Positions 22,359-33,123 of a DNA stretch of 64,000 nucleotides are shown one piece after another. How positions within the stretch are numbered: the stretch's first letter is position 1; each line of letters opens with the position of its first letter. Made by a program: the position numbers and the translations under genes. This DNA is from Candidatus Latescibacterota bacterium (GTDB lineage: Bacteria > Latescibacterota > UBA2968 > UBA8231), in NCBI GenBank assembly GCA_965208105.1, contig OZ242318.1, positions 2,688,001 to 2,752,000 of the forward strand, read 5' to 3'. The notes below the pieces were generated by a model, which was not told where the DNA came from, made no database searches, and saw nothing but the letters and a program-made list of their open reading frames with translations.

Positions 22359-23634
22359 TGTCTCGGTCTCTCCTGTCGTCCAGTTCCATTTCCGCATCCG
22401 CGTCGGTTTGCAAGAGAGTGGTATGTCCCATGCGGTCGTACTTGGTGCGCAGGTAACGGAGATTGTGGGGATTGGGCGAGGCCTGGATGGGCACTTGCTC
22501 GACAACCGTGAGGCCGTATCCCTCAAGTCCTACGCGCTTTTGGGGGTTGTTGGTCAGGAAGCGGACCCGGCGCAACCCCAGGTCATAAAGCACCTGGGCG
22601 CCAATGCCATAATCCCGCGTGTCCACCGGAAGGCCCAGGGCGCGGTTGGCCTCGATCGTATCCAGCCCCTGGGTGCGCTGCAGTTCGTAGGCCTTCAGCT
22701 TGTGAAGAATGCCGATGCCGCGCCCTTCGTGGTGCTGGATGTAGACAACCACTCCCCTTCCCTCCGCGGTGATCATTTCCAGGGAGCATTGCAGCTGGTC
22801 GCCGCAATCACACAAAAAGGATCCCAGGGCATCTCCGGTCAGGCAGCCGGAGTGCATTCGCACCAGTGTATCCTGGCCGCTGCTGACGTCCCCCATTACC
22901 ATGGCGAGGTATGGAGTGTCGTCCACCAGACTGCGGTAGGCATAGAGCTCGAATGTGCCGAACCGGGTGGGCATGGTGGAGCTGGACTCCAGTACGATCA
23001 GCTTCTCACTGCGGCGGCGATAGGCTATCAGGTCCTTGATGGTGGAGATTTTGAAGTTGAACCTGCGTGCGAAATCAAGCAAGTAGGGGGTGGAGGCGAG
23101 GGCCCCGCTGTCGTCGAGAATGGCCGAGATCAGACACGCCGGCTGGCACCCTGCCATCAAAGCCAGGTCAACAGAAGCCTCCGTATGTCCGGCGCGCTTG
23201 AGCACGCCGCCGTTCTGGGCCTGAAGCGGGGTCATGTGACCGGGCTGGACAAAATCGGCGGACCTGCTGTTCGGGTCGGCCAGGGCCTTCACCGTCAGGG
23301 CACGCTCCCTGGCGGAAATTCCCGTGCCCTCGACCTTCACCGCGTTTACGGTCCCCATGACCGAGGCGCCTCTGGGCCCCTGGCCTCCGGGCATCCTCTC
23401 CAGCTCCAGGGACTCAATCCGTTCCTTGCTGAGGGTTACGCTGAGGGGTCCGCCTGCCCGGCGCATCATGAAGTTGACGGCCTCGGGGGTGGCCAGTTCG
23501 GCAAGCATTATCAACTCACCCTCGCCGACGAGTTCGGTGCCGTCGACGTCGAGAGCGCGCTCGTCCACCAGCACGACCATGGTTCCGTTCTGCAAGTCGT
23601 CCAGGACTTCCTCTATGGTATTGAAGTCAGGCAT
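22342..23634 (-). CDS. ribBA: RibBA-type fusion: degenerate DHBP synthase domain plus GTP cyclohydrolase II
   Basis: [22 protein letters not shown] and TNNP intact in the RibA domain; RAGHTEA present in the RibB domain. Confidence 0.9.
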   Translation of the reverse strand: MPDFNTIEEVLDDLQNGTMVVLVDERALDVDGTELVGEGELIMLAELATPEAVNFMMRRAGGPLSVTLSKERIESLELERMPGGQGPRGASVMGTVNAVKVEGTGISARERALTVKALADPNSRSADFVQPGHMTPLQAQNGGVLKRAGHTEASVDLALMAGCQPACLISAILDDSGALASTPYLLDFARRFNFKISTIKDLIAYRRRSEKLIVLESSSTMPTRFGTFELYAYRSLVDDTPYLAMVMGDVSSGQDTLVRMHSGCLTGDALGSFLCDCGDQLQCSLEMITAEGRGVVVYIQHHEGRGIGILHKLKAYELQRTQGLDTIEANRALGLPVDTRDYGIGAQVLYDLGLRRVRFLTNNPQKRVGLEGYGLTVVEQVPIQASPNPHNLRYLRTKYDRMGHTTLLQTDADAEMELDDRRDRDNAKSA

Positions 23635-23673
23635 GGCATAAGGACCCGCGGCAACCCGCCGGCCCATCCTGTT

Positions 23674-24318
23674 TCAAGCGAACCCCGTCTCGCGCAACTG
23701 TTCGAAAGTCAATCCCCGGCCGGACTCTCCCCTGGTTTGAAGCAGTCGCTCGACGTAGCGGGCGATGATATCCACCTCCAGGTTGACCGGATCGCCCTTG
23801 TGGCGGCGGGACAGGTTTGTATGGCTAAATGTATGTGGAATAATGCTTACCGTAAAGCCCTTGCCACCTGCCTCCACCACCGTCAAGCTGATACCGTCTA
23901 CGGCAATGGAACCTTTGGAGGCAATGTAGTGCTGCAACTCCGAGGGGGTTTCGATTTCAAGGATCCAGCTGTTGCCTTCGCGCTGCAAGCGGCGGATGCG
24001 GCCGACGCCGTCGACGTGGCCGAGAATCAGGTGGCCTCCAAGCCGGTCCTGAAGCTGCAGGGAACGCTCCAGATTCACCCCGGTACCGGCCCGCAACCCT
24101 CCCAGCGTGGTGCGCTTAAGTGTCTCCTCCACCGATTCCACGGAAAAACTGCAGGAACCAAGGTCGACCACTGTCTGACAAACCCCGTCGATGCAAATGC
24201 TGTCGCCGACGCGAAGATCCGCCAGGGTGCGGCGGGCGCCGATTTCGAGGCGCTGAAACTCGCCCCGGCGCCGAAGCTGGCGGACCACTCCGACTTCTTC
24301 GATCAACCCTGTGAACAC
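23674..24318 (-). CDS. ribE: riboflavin synthase
   Basis: MFTGLIEE, VNLERSL, GGHLILGHVDG and KGSIAVDGISLTV motifs. Confidence 0.96.
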   Translation of the reverse strand: MFTGLIEEVGVVRQLRRRGEFQRLEIGARRTLADLRVGDSICIDGVCQTVVDLGSCSFSVESVEETLKRTTLGGLRAGTGVNLERSLQLQDRLGGHLILGHVDGVGRIRRLQREGNSWILEIETPSELQHYIASKGSIAVDGISLTVVEAGGKGFTVSIIPHTFSHTNLSRRHKGDPVNLEVDIIARYVERLLQTRGESGRGLTFEQLRETGFA

Positions 24319-25400
24319 GGGTACCTTACCTTTGCAGTGTAGAGAATATCGGAGCCCAGACGCCGGGTTTCAACTTCTTCCAGTTGGATGGCGTCTTCCA
24401 CCTTCCTGATTCCCAGGTCGGCAACGGCGCCGATGCCTCTACCCAGAATGCTCGGTGCGAGGTAAACCATCACCTGGTCCACCACGCGGTCTCGCAAGGC
24501 AGCAGCGGCCAGTTGGCTGCCACCCTCGATCATGATACTCGTCATGCCTTGCGCGGCCGCCCTGGCCAGGGGCAGGTGAAGATCGATGCGCTGGTTTTCA
24601 TCGGCATCGAAGGTCCACACCTCTACCCCGCGGGCGGCGAAGGACCGGCGCCTCTCCGATGGAGTGGAATCAGCCGTAAGGAGAATGGCCCCCGCGCGCC
24701 GAAAGACGCGGAAGCCAGGCTCCAGGGTCAGGCGGCCGTCGACGACCATGGGCCGGGGATCCCTGCCCTTTGCGTGGCGGACATTCAACCGTGGATCGTC
24801 GGCGGCCACAGTGCCTGCGCCTACCATGACGGCGTCGACCCAGCTGCGCCACCGGTGGGCGTGGGCGCGAGCCTTCGCACCGGTGATCCAGCGCGCCTCT
24901 CCGCCACATGCGGCGATTTGTCCGTCCAGGGTTTGGGCAAGCTTGAGGATTACCTGTGGCATGCCCGAGCTGCGATGCTTGACGTAGGCGGCGTTCTGGC
25001 GCCTGGCCTGGGTTTCGAGAAGGCCGACCTCGACGGCAATGCCAGCGTCCCGCAGTTGCCGCAGGCCGGCGCCATTGACCCTGGAATCGGGGTCCTGCAT
25101 GGCGCAGACCAGGCGCTCGATCCCCGCCGCGATCAGGGCATGGCTGCAGGGGGGAGTGCGGCCGTGGAACGAGCAGGGCTCCAGGGTACTGTAAAGGGTG
25201 GCGCCGCGAGCCCGGTGCCCGGCCTGGTCCAGCGCATGGACCTCCGCGTGCGGTCCTCCCACCTGGAGATGGGCGCCCTCTCCAAGGACCTGGCCGGCAA
25301 GCACGACCACCGCACCTGCCAGGGGATTGGGGCTGACCCGGCCGCGGCCTCTTTCCGCCAGGCGCAGGGCCCGGCGCATGTAGGCCTCATCCTCCCTCAC
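24303..25400 (-). CDS. ribD: riboflavin biosynthesis deaminase/reductase
   Basis: PNPLAG, HAE, TLEPCS.HGRTPPC and IEGG motifs. Confidence 0.96.
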   Translation of the reverse strand: MREDEAYMRRALRLAERGRGRVSPNPLAGAVVVLAGQVLGEGAHLQVGGPHAEVHALDQAGHRARGATLYSTLEPCSFHGRTPPCSHALIAAGIERLVCAMQDPDSRVNGAGLRQLRDAGIAVEVGLLETQARRQNAAYVKHRSSGMPQVILKLAQTLDGQIAACGGEARWITGAKARAHAHRWRSWVDAVMVGAGTVAADDPRLNVRHAKGRDPRPMVVDGRLTLEPGFRVFRRAGAILLTADSTPSERRRSFAARGVEVWTFDADENQRIDLHLPLARAAAQGMTSIMIEGGSQLAAAALRDRVVDQVMVYLAPSILGRGIGAVADLGIRKVEDAIQLEEVETRRLGSDILYTAKVRYPCSQG

Positions 25401-27472
25401 TTCGCGTGCAGGATCAGTTGTTGAGCGCCGATGTTGTCGAGCTGGTCCCAGGCCTGCACCGCGATGACATGTTCACCGGGAGACAGATCCGTCAACGTGA
25501 ATTGCGCGGTCTCGACGCGGCTGTCGAAGACCCCATCCGCGGGGGCGATCTGGTGGACGCGCTCGCCGTAGTCAATGGTGTACTGCGCCTTGCGGACGGG
25601 GGTGATGCTGTCCTCGATTTCCACCTCGATTATCGTCCCGCCATCACCCCCGGAGCGCAGAACAATGACGGGAGGACTGTTGTCTATGGGGAAAGGCTGG
25701 CTGATGCGCTCGGACTCCAGTGCATCCCTGTCCGGGTTTTCCGGCCGGTCCGAGGCAACCAGCCTGATCAGGGTGGGTCCCTCGGGCATGGTTTCCGTAT
25801 CCCAGATCACCGAAGTCTGGGTCAGGCCCTCCTTTGCCAGCTTCCACTGCTTTTGTCCAACGCTGCGCAGGTAGATGCTGTAGGTCAGTTCGTCGCCATT
25901 GGGGTCCTGTGCCTGCCAGCGCACGAGGCGCAGGCTCTTCGGCTGAGGTGGAGCCCGGCGCGGGGGCTGAGCCTGGCCGGGGTTGGCTCCGGCGGCCTGC
26001 TGATTGCTGTTGTTCGCTCCGCCGGGGCTGTGCCGGTAGGGATAGGTTTCCAGCTTGAGGATCTCAGGTCTTAAATTGGTTTGCTGCCCCGATATCGTGA
26101 CCTCTTTGAGCACGGGTGTCGTATTTTCGTCAGACGACTTGAGAAGGGCGCGGTACTGCAGAAAGCGCGCGGCAGGGCTGTCGATCGGCATCCCGCTCCG
26201 AGCCAGCTGCGGCGACCACTGGCTCCAGGTCTCATCCGGTTCGGCGCTGTTGCCGGAGCGGGTCTGAAAGGCAATCTCGGTACCCCCGGGAATCTCCGCG
26301 CGCCAACTCAGGTGCCCCCAGCGCGAATGCAGCAGAAAGTCTTCCACCGACGAATCGAAATGGCCTTCGCTGCGGTGCCCTGATTCCAGGCGCCAGAGCT
26401 GGCCGGCCTGAGCCATGCCTGCGTATGTAATCCCCATGGAGGATTGCAGCAGGCGGCTGGGGTTGTGCTCTTCGAATTGCACCAGGGAGGTGGGATCTCC
26501 CGACCGGTCGAAGCGGAGGAGCTGGGCAGGCTTGGAAACTGCGGCCATCAGGCTGCCCCGGCGGTCCACGATCAGGTCGAAGATGGTGGTCTCTTCGTCC
26601 TCCCAGACGGGGTGGACCGCGCCCCGCCGGTCAATGCGGTAGAGGACGGAGGTAATTGGAGGCCCGCCATCTTCTCGGACAGGCGCCAATGCACTGGCAT
26701 AGAGATGGCCGTCAGATGCGGCGACCAGGTCGGTCACCTCCTTCTGGTCGACCTCGCCGAGGAGACGGGTCTCGCCATCGAGATCGATGGCATAGATGCG
26801 CCCGGCCCCCGACGTGCCCGCATAAAGGCGCCCTGGCCCAGCCTGCAGGGTCATTACGTGCCGGTCGGGCGGGTCGTAGAGGACCTCCGCTTCGCCGCCA
26901 GGCGGTATGGAAAGCACCTTCCCTCCCTCGCCGGTGGCCGCGAAGAGCCGGCCTTCCGCCCCGAAGGCAAGGTCCCAGACATAGTGCTCGCCGGTGTGGG
27001 TCAGGGTAGTTGCTCTGCCTTCGAGATCGATCTTGTAGATCAGGCCGTCGGGAGCCGTCCCGGCGTATAGATGTCCGTCGGGACCCATGGCCAATGCGTG
27101 AATGGCGATTTCGGGCGAGTCGAAGAGAAGCTCGCTCTGACCGGCCGCATCCACCTTGAAAACCTTCCCCGCGTCGCCTGTGCCTGCATATATGGTCCCG
27201 TCCGGACCTTCCTCCAGGGACCAGATGCGCTCGGCATCGAGTGCGGCAACTCTCTTCAGCTCAGGTGCGAGTCGCAACAAACCGTCTTGGGAAATCGAAA
27301 TCCCCATGGCCTCACCTGAAGCGAACGCTTTCAGGCCGTGCTGTTGCCAGATATTGGGGCGCACAGCCTGAGCCGATGCGGTCAGCGCGAGAATTGAAGC
27401 CAGCCCGGCATAGAGCCCCATGGAGATGTCCGCTCCCAGGCACCGGTCCCTCAAGCAGGTGATGAAATTCAT
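25397..27472 (-). CDS. secreted beta-propeller protein with C-terminal Ig/FN3-like domains
   Basis: Repeated G.LYAGT...G.IY blades; signal peptide; directly downstream of the S55 peptidase gene. Confidence 0.7.
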   Translation of the reverse strand: MNFITCLRDRCLGADISMGLYAGLASILALTASAQAVRPNIWQQHGLKAFASGEAMGISISQDGLLRLAPELKRVAALDAERIWSLEEGPDGTIYAGTGDAGKVFKVDAAGQSELLFDSPEIAIHALAMGPDGHLYAGTAPDGLIYKIDLEGRATTLTHTGEHYVWDLAFGAEGRLFAATGEGGKVLSIPPGGEAEVLYDPPDRHVMTLQAGPGRLYAGTSGAGRIYAIDLDGETRLLGEVDQKEVTDLVAASDGHLYASALAPVREDGGPPITSVLYRIDRRGAVHPVWEDEETTIFDLIVDRRGSLMAAVSKPAQLLRFDRSGDPTSLVQFEEHNPSRLLQSSMGITYAGMAQAGQLWRLESGHRSEGHFDSSVEDFLLHSRWGHLSWRAEIPGGTEIAFQTRSGNSAEPDETWSQWSPQLARSGMPIDSPAARFLQYRALLKSSDENTTPVLKEVTISGQQTNLRPEILKLETYPYRHSPGGANNSNQQAAGANPGQAQPPRRAPPQPKSLRLVRWQAQDPNGDELTYSIYLRSVGQKQWKLAKEGLTQTSVIWDTETMPEGPTLIRLVASDRPENPDRDALESERISQPFPIDNSPPVIVLRSGGDGGTIIEVEIEDSITPVRKAQYTIDYGERVHQIAPADGVFDSRVETAQFTLTDLSPGEHVIAVQAWDQLDNIGAQQLILHAK

Positions 27473-27476
27473 GGAT

Positions 27477-29258
27477 TCACGGCTTTCCCAGGGTCAGATC
27501 CAGGGTCTGTGCCCCGGAAAGGACGTACTCGGTACGGATGCGCTTTCGCAGGACGACTTGACCGTGGACCGGCCCAAGATGGCCCGAGGAACGCTCCTCC
27601 TCGAGAATGGAGCGGACCGAGGGCGGCAATCCGGGGAGCTCCCTGCCCTCGAGGGTGAGACTTGGTCCGCTGCGGTAGAGTTCGACGATCAACTCGTCGT
27701 TGCGTTCGTGGTACTCCATCAATTCCAGCAAATGGCCACTGTCCCTAGGCCGAAAGCCGTCGGGCAGGCGCGCCCGCTCCCACCTTTCGCCGGCCGCGCC
27801 GCTTCCGACGCGCAGAAGCAGAGGCCCTGCCTCCAGGTCTGAGGGCAAGGCGAGTTCCAGCCGTTGCTCGACAGGCGGGCGGCGGTAAGGCTGCAGGACG
27901 ACCTCGAGGTCAAGGGTCTCACCAACTTCGAGGTCCGGATTTACAACGCGCACGGAGCGCACCACGGCGCCTTCGATATTTTCGCTCAGCTCCAATTCAA
28001 ATCGCAGCTCATCCAGTTCCAAGCCATGGAAAGGGGATTTGGCGAGGATGTTCAACGGCCTCATCACTTCCTCTGCGGCGTTGAAGACGGCGGCGGGTCC
28101 ACCGTAGACCTGCTCCCACTGCACACTGCGGCCGTCGCTGAGTTGAATATGGGCACGCATCAGCAAGGTGGAGGCGCCGAACAGCTTCTCCGCGGTCTCC
28201 ACGGTTTTGAGCAATACGAACCAGGCAAGGCGCGGCGTCAAGTCCCGGTGGCGAAGGAGTTCAAAACGGTAGGGCTCGACCATTGCGCTCGTGGCGACCC
28301 CGATCTCCACCGGCAGCATGTCGGGAACGGCGCCCAGCATCCCGGCAATGGCGGCGACGCGATCCTGGCGAATGGCCCCCACCGGGCGGGTGGCGGCCCC
28401 GAGCTTGAAGGAAAGAAACCGGCTGGGAATTACGTCGTAAATGTAGGCCTGGGTCATCGGCATGTCCGTGGAGCCGCTGAGCATCATGGGATGGCCAAAA
28501 GCGAGGATGCGGTCGCCGTCGACATGGGTCAGGGTACCGATGCCCGTGGCACTGAGGTCGCCGGCGATCAGTTGAACTCCGATTGCCGCCCCGGGTAGGA
28601 AGGGAATCTCTCCCTTGTCCTGGGCCTGCCCGCCCGGACTGGCCTGGACCCGCAGGCCCAGAGGCCGCAGGATATCTCCAAGGACCGCGGCATCGCCAGC
28701 GCTGATACCCGTGACCCACACGGGGGTGGCCAGAGGTTCGAGGGCAACCGGGCCGTGAACCTCCAGGTTTCCGAGGGTCTCTTCTACGAGGGCGGCCGCG
28801 GTTGAATCCAGCTCGAGATGCGCCCGGACGCGCTGCTCCTCGGGAAGAGGATCCATGCTCCGATCCATAACCTGGAGCATCTCGTGGACAGGAGTGATGC
28901 CGCAGATCGGAACTTTGGAAAAGGGAAAGGCATAGGCCACTGCGCCGATCATACGGCCATCGATGTAGACCGGACTGCCGCTCATTCCGGCAATAACCCC
29001 GGTTCGCCCCAGGGGACCGCCGGAGAGACGGGCGAGAATCAGGTCGCGCTTCGGACCGAGAATGCCCTGGGCGACACCGAGAATCTCCGCCGCGAAGGTG
29101 TCGATGGCGGCACCTTGAAAAACTGTTTTGCCGATGCCCCGCATACCACGGCGCAGTTCGCCGGCTGCCATGAAATCGGCCGCCGCCGGGAGCTGCGCGG
29201 GGATTCCCGGACCGAGCGACAGAAGGACGAGCATCGAGATGCCCTGGCGCAAACGCAA
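27477..29258 (-). CDS. SpoIVB peptidase S55 domain protein
   Basis: GVIAGMSGSPVYIDGRMIGAV and LAFGHP motifs. Confidence 0.88.
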   Translation of the reverse strand: MRLRQGISMLVLLSLGPGIPAQLPAAADFMAAGELRRGMRGIGKTVFQGAAIDTFAAEILGVAQGILGPKRDLILARLSGGPLGRTGVIAGMSGSPVYIDGRMIGAVAYAFPFSKVPICGITPVHEMLQVMDRSMDPLPEEQRVRAHLELDSTAAALVEETLGNLEVHGPVALEPLATPVWVTGISAGDAAVLGDILRPLGLRVQASPGGQAQDKGEIPFLPGAAIGVQLIAGDLSATGIGTLTHVDGDRILAFGHPMMLSGSTDMPMTQAYIYDVIPSRFLSFKLGAATRPVGAIRQDRVAAIAGMLGAVPDMLPVEIGVATSAMVEPYRFELLRHRDLTPRLAWFVLLKTVETAEKLFGASTLLMRAHIQLSDGRSVQWEQVYGGPAAVFNAAEEVMRPLNILAKSPFHGLELDELRFELELSENIEGAVVRSVRVVNPDLEVGETLDLEVVLQPYRRPPVEQRLELALPSDLEAGPLLLRVGSGAAGERWERARLPDGFRPRDSGHLLELMEYHERNDELIVELYRSGPSLTLEGRELPGLPPSVRSILEEERSSGHLGPVHGQVVLRKRIRTEYVLSGAQTLDLTLGKP

Positions 29259-29640
29259 AGTGGAATCTCTCCCCTCAAAAGGCTTGAAATCTATGCAGCA
29301 CCATCCTGAAAGTCAAGCTCTGCCAGAGCGGATCGAAAGCTGTAACAGCTTGATAAAAAGCAAGATGTAACCCTCCTCCGTTTGCCTCCGGTGCCATTCT
29401 CCCGCTTCCAGGATTACCTGGGGGCAGCCGATTTCAGGACTCGAGGCGATGTTGGAGATTTCCGCCGCCCCGGGGACGAAGAGTGATCGGCAACGGCAGC
29501 AGCCATCGAGGCGTGGACAAGGTTGCCGGTGGACCCCATTTTTCTTACAGGCTCTTTGCAGCAACTCGGCCACATTGCGCCAACCCAATCCACCCGAGGT
29601 CGTTTCCTCGCAGCTCGGCCCCAATGAAGACTCGAATACG

Positions 29641-30555
29641 GTGAACCCCCTTCTGGAAAAAATAAAACAGGGCATGGCGCGGACCAGGAAGGCGATGTCC
29701 GGGAGGATTGCCGCCCTGGTGCCTGCGGCAGGCCACCTGGACGAGGACGCCGTAGACGAGATCGAAGCCCTTCTCATCGCCGCGGACGTGGGGCTCGATA
29801 CCGCGGTGGAGATCATCGACGAAGTGCGCGCCCGCCGGGACAAAATCGTCCGTCCCGAAGACCTGACCGAACTGCTGAAAGCCGAAGTTGCCCGGGTCTT
29901 CGCGCCGGATCCGCCATTCTCCTTCGCGGCACCTCCGGCGGGAAGCCCTTGCGTGATCCTCGTAGTCGGGGTGAACGGGACGGGCAAAACCACCACTGCA
30001 GGCAAATTGGCCAAGCGCTACGTTGGCGCCGGCCGAAAAGTCCTGTTGGCAGCCTGCGATACCTTCAGAGCGGCGGCCATATCCCAGTTGGAAGTGTGGG
30101 CCGAGCGCGCCGGGGCCGACATGGTGCGCCCCCGGCCGGGGGCCGACCCTGGGGCCGTGGCATTCGACGCACTGGCTGCGGCACGGGCAAGAAAGATGGA
30201 CGTGCTGATAGTGGACACCGCCGGCAGGCTCCACAACAAGGTAAATCTGATGGAGGAGCTGAAGAAGATCCGGCGGTCACTGAGCAAACAGGATCAGGCT
30301 GCGCCGCACGAGACGCTTCTGGTACTGGACGCAACGACGGGGCAGAACACCCTGTCGCAGGCACGCGAGTTCGACCGTGCTACTGGATTGAGCGGATTCG
30401 TGCTGACCAAGTTGGACGGCACGGCAAAAGGGGGAATCGCCATTGCCCTGCGGCGCGAATTGCAGATTCCCGTGAAACTGGTAGGGGTAGGGGAAGGATC
30501 GGATGATTTGCACCCCTTCAACGGAGAGACCTTCGCCCAGGCCCTGTTCGAATAG
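29641..30555 (+). CDS. ftsY: signal recognition particle receptor FtsY
   Basis: GVNGTGKTTT, DTFRAAA, DTAGR and TKLDGTAKGG motifs; GTG start at 29641. Confidence 0.97.
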   Translation: MNPLLEKIKQGMARTRKAMSGRIAALVPAAGHLDEDAVDEIEALLIAADVGLDTAVEIIDEVRARRDKIVRPEDLTELLKAEVARVFAPDPPFSFAAPPAGSPCVILVVGVNGTGKTTTAGKLAKRYVGAGRKVLLAACDTFRAAAISQLEVWAERAGADMVRPRPGADPGAVAFDALAAARARKMDVLIVDTAGRLHNKVNLMEELKKIRRSLSKQDQAAPHETLLVLDATTGQNTLSQAREFDRATGLSGFVLTKLDGTAKGGIAIALRRELQIPVKLVGVGEGSDDLHPFNGETFAQALFE

Positions 30556-30679
30556 CCCGGGAATTCCACCCGGAGCGCCGCCTCCCGGCCCGGTTTACCT
30601 CCCACATGCCCGACCCCGCGCCCTGCTTTTCGGCAGCTTCGGCGCCTTCGATTCTCCATCGGATTTCCGTTGAGGCGCA

Positions 30680-31804
30680 TCAGAGGAGCTGCGCGGTTGT
30701 TTCAAGCGCATTGCCGATCTCCTCTATGACAGTTGTATCTTCCTCCTCCTGCAATGCCTCCCGGAGCGCCAGGCGCGCTTCCTCGCCCCCCAGTCTGCCC
30801 AGGGCCCATGCCGCGTGACCTCTCACCAGGGGCTCTTCATCTCCCAATGCCCTGACCAGAGCGGGAACCGCCCTCCGGTCTCCCGAATTGCCCAGGGCCA
30901 CCGCCACGTTGCGCAGCAGGCCGCGGCGCTTGGGCCGCTTGGCGGGACTGCGGCGAAACTGGGAATTGAAAGCTTGGGGATCCATGGCGAGCAGGCGGGT
31001 CAGGGAAGGGACGTCGAGGCCGGAGCGAGCTCGGAAAGCCGGCTCGGACGCGGCTTCCGCTTTGCGATTCCAGGGACACACGTCCTGGCAGATGTCGCAG
31101 CCGAAAATCCAGTTGCCCATCGCGGACCGCAGGCCGGGGGGAATGGGACCCTTGAGTTCGATGTTGAGGTAGGCGATGCAACGGCTCGCATCGAGGACGT
31201 AGGGCTCGGGAAAGGCCTGGGTGGGACAGGCCTCCAGGCAGCGGGTGCAAGTTCCGCAGTGGTCCGTGGCCGGTTCGTCCCACTCCAATTCGAGATCGAG
31301 AACTATTTCGGCCAGGAAGAAGTAGGACCCCTTCCGGGTGTTTATCAGGCAGGTATTCTTGCCCCACCAGCCCAGGCCGGCGCGCTGCCCCAGCTCGCGC
31401 TCGAGGACCGGAGCCGTGTCGACATAGACCCGGCCTGATACCGCTTCCCCGGCGGCCTCCACGATGAAGTCCCACAACTCGAAAAGGCGCTCCTTGACCA
31501 GGTCGTGGTAATCGTCGCCGCGAGCGTAACAGGCCACCGAACCCCGCAGTGGAGATGCCGCAGCCGGCGTCTCCTGGAAATAGTTCATCCCCAGGCAGAT
31601 CACCGTTTTCGCACCGGGCACCAGTTTCCCCGGGTCAAAGCGCTTTTCCATGTTCCGTGCCAGGTAGTCCATTTCCCCGGCGAATCCCAGGGCTACCCAC
31701 CTGGCGTAGAACTGTGCTCCGGGGAGAGGATCCGCGGGAGCAAAGCCTACCAGGTCGAAGCCCAGTCCTCCGGCCTGGCGCCGAATTTTCTCAGTGAGGT
31801 TCAC
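30680..31804 (-). CDS. queG: epoxyqueuosine reductase
   Basis: YARGDDYH, VDTAPVLER, CGTCTRCLEACPT and FGCDICQDVCPWN motifs; HEAT-like tail. Confidence 0.95.
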   Translation of the reverse strand: MNLTEKIRRQAGGLGFDLVGFAPADPLPGAQFYARWVALGFAGEMDYLARNMEKRFDPGKLVPGAKTVICLGMNYFQETPAAASPLRGSVACYARGDDYHDLVKERLFELWDFIVEAAGEAVSGRVYVDTAPVLERELGQRAGLGWWGKNTCLINTRKGSYFFLAEIVLDLELEWDEPATDHCGTCTRCLEACPTQAFPEPYVLDASRCIAYLNIELKGPIPPGLRSAMGNWIFGCDICQDVCPWNRKAEAASEPAFRARSGLDVPSLTRLLAMDPQAFNSQFRRSPAKRPKRRGLLRNVAVALGNSGDRRAVPALVRALGDEEPLVRGHAAWALGRLGGEEARLALREALQEEEDTTVIEEIGNALETTAQLL

Positions 31805-31812
31805 GCCTGGAC

Positions 31813-33117
31813 TTACCGGAACAACCCGGTGATGTGGTGAAAGACCATCTGGTTGAGATCGTTGAAAGTGACCAGCACCATGATGAAGAGCAGGATGACC
31901 AGGCCAACCTGCTGCACGATTTCGCGCTGGCGCAGGGAAAGGGGGCGGCGCATCACGGCCTCGAGAGAGAGGAAGAGAAGGTGACCGCCGTCGAGCACTG
32001 GTATGGGCAGGAGGTTGACCACCGCCAGGTTGACGCTGAGGATTGCCAGAAAGCTGATGAAGTGTTCCAGTCCCCTGGCCGCCGTCTGGCCGGCCAGCTG
32101 GGCGATGCGCAGCGGTCCGGCCAATTCGCCGGGGGAGCGTTCTCCCTGGAAGAGCTCAGCCAGGAAACCGAGTATGAGCCACGAAAAGTTGTATGTGCTC
32201 CTGGCTCCCATCACGAGGGCATCCGCCGTCCCGATGGAGGCGCGGGCAGCCGGAACGCCGATTCCGATCTGACCGATGGTTTCACCCCCGTCAACCCGGG
32301 CGACCGGTGTGACCTTGGCGCGCATCATGCGGCCGCCGCGCTCCCAGACAAGCTCGATCTCCTCATCGGGATGGAGACGGATCGCCGTGCTCATCTGGCT
32401 CCAGCTGTATACCGGCCTGCCGGCTACCATTGTGATGCGGTCCCCCTCCTGCAGGCCGATTTCGGCGGCCGGCATATCCATTATCACGCGGCCCACTACG
32501 GAGGGCGGCACGACCTCAAAACCGTAGGCCTCGGATCCTGCGGCCGGCAGTTGGAAACTCAACACCTCGTCACTGCGTTCCACATCCACGAAAACTTCTC
32601 CGGAAGACGCCGATTCAAGCGCTTTGAGAAGTTCGTACTCATTGCGGACCATTCTGTCGCCAACGCGAAGAACCCGGTCGCCTTCTTGAATGCCGGCCGC
32701 CGCACTGGCTGATCCTGCGCGAGGCACGACAACCGTACTGTCGATCGTATCGATTCCGTACGCCAGGAAGAGGGCGATGAGGGCGACGAAGGCAAAGAGG
32801 AAGTTCATGAAGGGGCCGGCGGCAATCACCGCCATGCGCACCCAGATCGGCTTGGAAGGGAACTCCCACGGCTCGCCCTTGGTTGTCTCGGAGCCCACGT
32901 CGGCCATGCCCGCGACCTTGACGTAACCGCCGAAGGGAATCCAGGAAAGACAGTACTCGGTCTCACCTACCCGGACACCCACCATCTTCGGCGGAAATCC
33001 AAGGGAAAAGCGCTCGACCCGGATGCCGGCCTTTTTGGCCACCAGGAAATGGCCCAGCTCGTGGACGAAGACGAGGATCCCCAGAGCGACGATAAACCAG
33101 ATAATCGTTTCAATCAT
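31813..33117 (-). CDS. rseP: RIP metalloprotease RseP
   Basis: HELGH, PFGGYV, PDZ domains and NLLPIPVLDGGH. Confidence 0.95.
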   Translation of the reverse strand: MIETIIWFIVALGILVFVHELGHFLVAKKAGIRVERFSLGFPPKMVGVRVGETEYCLSWIPFGGYVKVAGMADVGSETTKGEPWEFPSKPIWVRMAVIAAGPFMNFLFAFVALIALFLAYGIDTIDSTVVVPRAGSASAAAGIQEGDRVLRVGDRMVRNEYELLKALESASSGEVFVDVERSDEVLSFQLPAAGSEAYGFEVVPPSVVGRVIMDMPAAEIGLQEGDRITMVAGRPVYSWSQMSTAIRLHPDEEIELVWERGGRMMRAKVTPVARVDGGETIGQIGIGVPAARASIGTADALVMGARSTYNFSWLILGFLAELFQGERSPGELAGPLRIAQLAGQTAARGLEHFISFLAILSVNLAVVNLLPIPVLDGGHLLFLSLEAVMRRPLSLRQREIVQQVGLVILLFIMVLVTFNDLNQMVFHHITGLFR

Positions 33118-33123
33118 TTTTTG

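Noticed and set aside
22288-24342. Long + strand ORF (684 aa) and similar antisense ORFs throughout the GC-rich part
   Set aside because: Shadow frames opposite well-supported genes, expected at high GC.
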